Source of the DNA: Gammaproteobacteria bacterium
Lineage (GTDB): Bacteria > Pseudomonadota > Gammaproteobacteria > GCA-001735895
Direction: 5' to 3'
Length of the DNA stretch: 64,000 nucleotides
Assembly: GCA_050298595.1 (NCBI GenBank)
Contig: JBNKUM010000101.1
Coordinates: forward strand, 64,001-128,000
The notes under the pieces were generated by a model, which was not told where the DNA came from, ran no database searches, and was given only the letters and a program-made list of their open reading frames with translations. This document shows, piece after piece, positions 62,596 to 64,000 of the stretch. The position numbers and the translations under genes are program-made. Positions within the stretch are counted from its first letter, which is position 1, and each line of letters begins with the position of its first letter.

Positions 62596-62874
62596 ATGGG
62601 TGGGTTTATTGTGGCGATTATTTCTTCTGCCTTTGCAATTGTCTTTTTGGTAATGTGGCTTCGTGCTCGGAAAGCAGTTAGTGAAGCCGAAGTTGTTGCC
62701 TATGGCTTACGATCCCAGGACGATAGTGATGAAAACACTAAAACTAGCCTTTCAATAATGGAAGCAGAATATGATGCTGCGATTGACAAGCTCAGCGAGA
62801 TGGGTGAAATCAAGCGCGATGAATGGGGGCGCTGGGTGTGGACAAAAACTGGACAACCCTTAGGTGAAGACTAA
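62596..62874 (+). CDS. small membrane-anchored protein, paralog of 58872-59150
   Basis: Same length and the shared motifs AEVVAYGLR.QDD and MG.IKRD.WG.WVWT. Confidence 0.85.
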   Translation: MGGFIVAIISSAFAIVFLVMWLRARKAVSEAEVVAYGLRSQDDSDENTKTSLSIMEAEYDAAIDKLSEMGEIKRDEWGRWVWTKTGQPLGED

Positions 62875-62897
62875 GTTAATATAATAAGTTAACTGTT

Positions 62898-63832
62898 GAG
62901 CCTTTTGCAAAACTTCAGAAACCAGTGAATATATTAGCCAGAAAAAGCTAAAAGGAGAAGTGCCTGATCCCATTTGTTAAAATGGGGTTCACCACAAACA
63001 GATAAAAAAACCCAATGAGAAATCAGGCTCCAATCTCTCAGACACCTTTATCATTATCCAGTATCTGGCATCATCTTCAAGGACATCTTTTCCCCTGGAT
63101 ACAGGAAGAACTCCCGGCGCTGACCAGAAAGCAACAGAATTATCGAAATCCTGGAAATAACGCAACTGAAAACGCATTTGCCCTATTCAGGTCAGGTTCC
63201 TGGTCGACCACAAAAATGTCGTGAATCCATAGCTCGCGCCTTTGTTGCCAAAGCGGTTTATAACCTGAACACCACTGAAATGTTGATAGACAGTTTTAAC
63301 TCTAATATTTCACTCCGTCGAATCTGCGGATGGGAGAAAAGAAGTGAGATACCCACTAGTTCCACCTTTTCACGGGCTTTTGCAGAGTTTGCCTGGTCCA
63401 GGCTGGCTGAGCGAGTTCATCAAGCCATCATTGAGCAGCATCTTGGGAATTATTTGATTTACCATATTTCACGGGATTCAACCGCCATCACCGCACGGGA
63501 GAAGCCAGAGATACAACAGAGGTGCCTTAATGGATGTCGCCTATGATTAACCCTTGATCAAAAAGCACAGTGAAGCATTAGGACATGTTCCATTGATAGA
63601 TGAAAACCCTCGAACAACAGATCGCAAAGAAGAAATAAAAGATGGGCTACAAAGCAAACGATATGCCAGTTATAAAACAGCGCAAGACATTCGTTATAAT
63701 GAGCGCAGCACTATTGAACGAGTGAATGGTCGGCTCAAAGATGAGTTTGGCGCACGAATGGTGCGAGTCAGAGGTCATGTCCCACCTGATGTTTGGTGTT
63801 ATCGCCCAACGGTTGATCAATGGCTTATATAA
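62898..63832 (+). mobile_element. DDE transposase pseudogene (IS4/IS5/IS1182-like, DUF772 type)
   Basis: Candidate end GAGCCTTTTGCAAAACT; three frameshifted pieces with GRP, LRRICGW, STFSRAF, DSTAI and YNERSTIERVNGRLK. Confidence 0.8.
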
Positions 63833-64000
63833 TATTTCTTTTGTATTAATACAGTTTTAATTGCTTATAATTACGCGGTTTTTAGATGTGCGTATAAAAA
63901 ATGAGCAATTCATTCTCTGGTGGTGAAACACCTGAAAAAGCAGCCGAATATTTCAGGCTGTCACTGTCAAAACTGGGCGAACTTAAATGGCCATTAACTG

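Overview
Chromosomal window from a Gammaproteobacterium (taxonomy inferred from gene order and protein similarity). The core (about 26-51 kb) holds prfB with its programmed +1 frameshift, lysS, ygfZ, queG, crcB-serS, ygiQ, rne-rluC-HAD-sppA, maf, yceD-rpmF-plsX-fabH and uvrY-uvrC-pgsA-tRNA Gly/Cys/Leu. The left arm has a TetR/StcD-like flavoenzyme pair, an amidase, an AT-rich accessory patch, a two-component system with a partly decayed TlpA-DUF4266-DUF3570-ApbE flavinylation operon, an oxidoreductase-SelD fusion, DauA/SulP, a cNMP-EAL protein and a GCS2-ligase/M14-peptidase operon. After tRNA-Leu lies an AT-rich island with IS debris. Two observations stand out. (1) An unannotated ~216-bp module occurs three times (7470-7685 minus, 54641-54857, 56775-56997). 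Each copy ends in a degenerate palindromic doublet of the terminal repeat of a RAYT-like HUH (Y1) transposase and precedes different cargo genes, suggesting a transposase-linked promoter/cassette system. (2) A complete ribosome-mediated attenuator with a Lys-rich leader peptide sits upstream of dapA. All calls come from reading the sequence by eye; no database searches were run.
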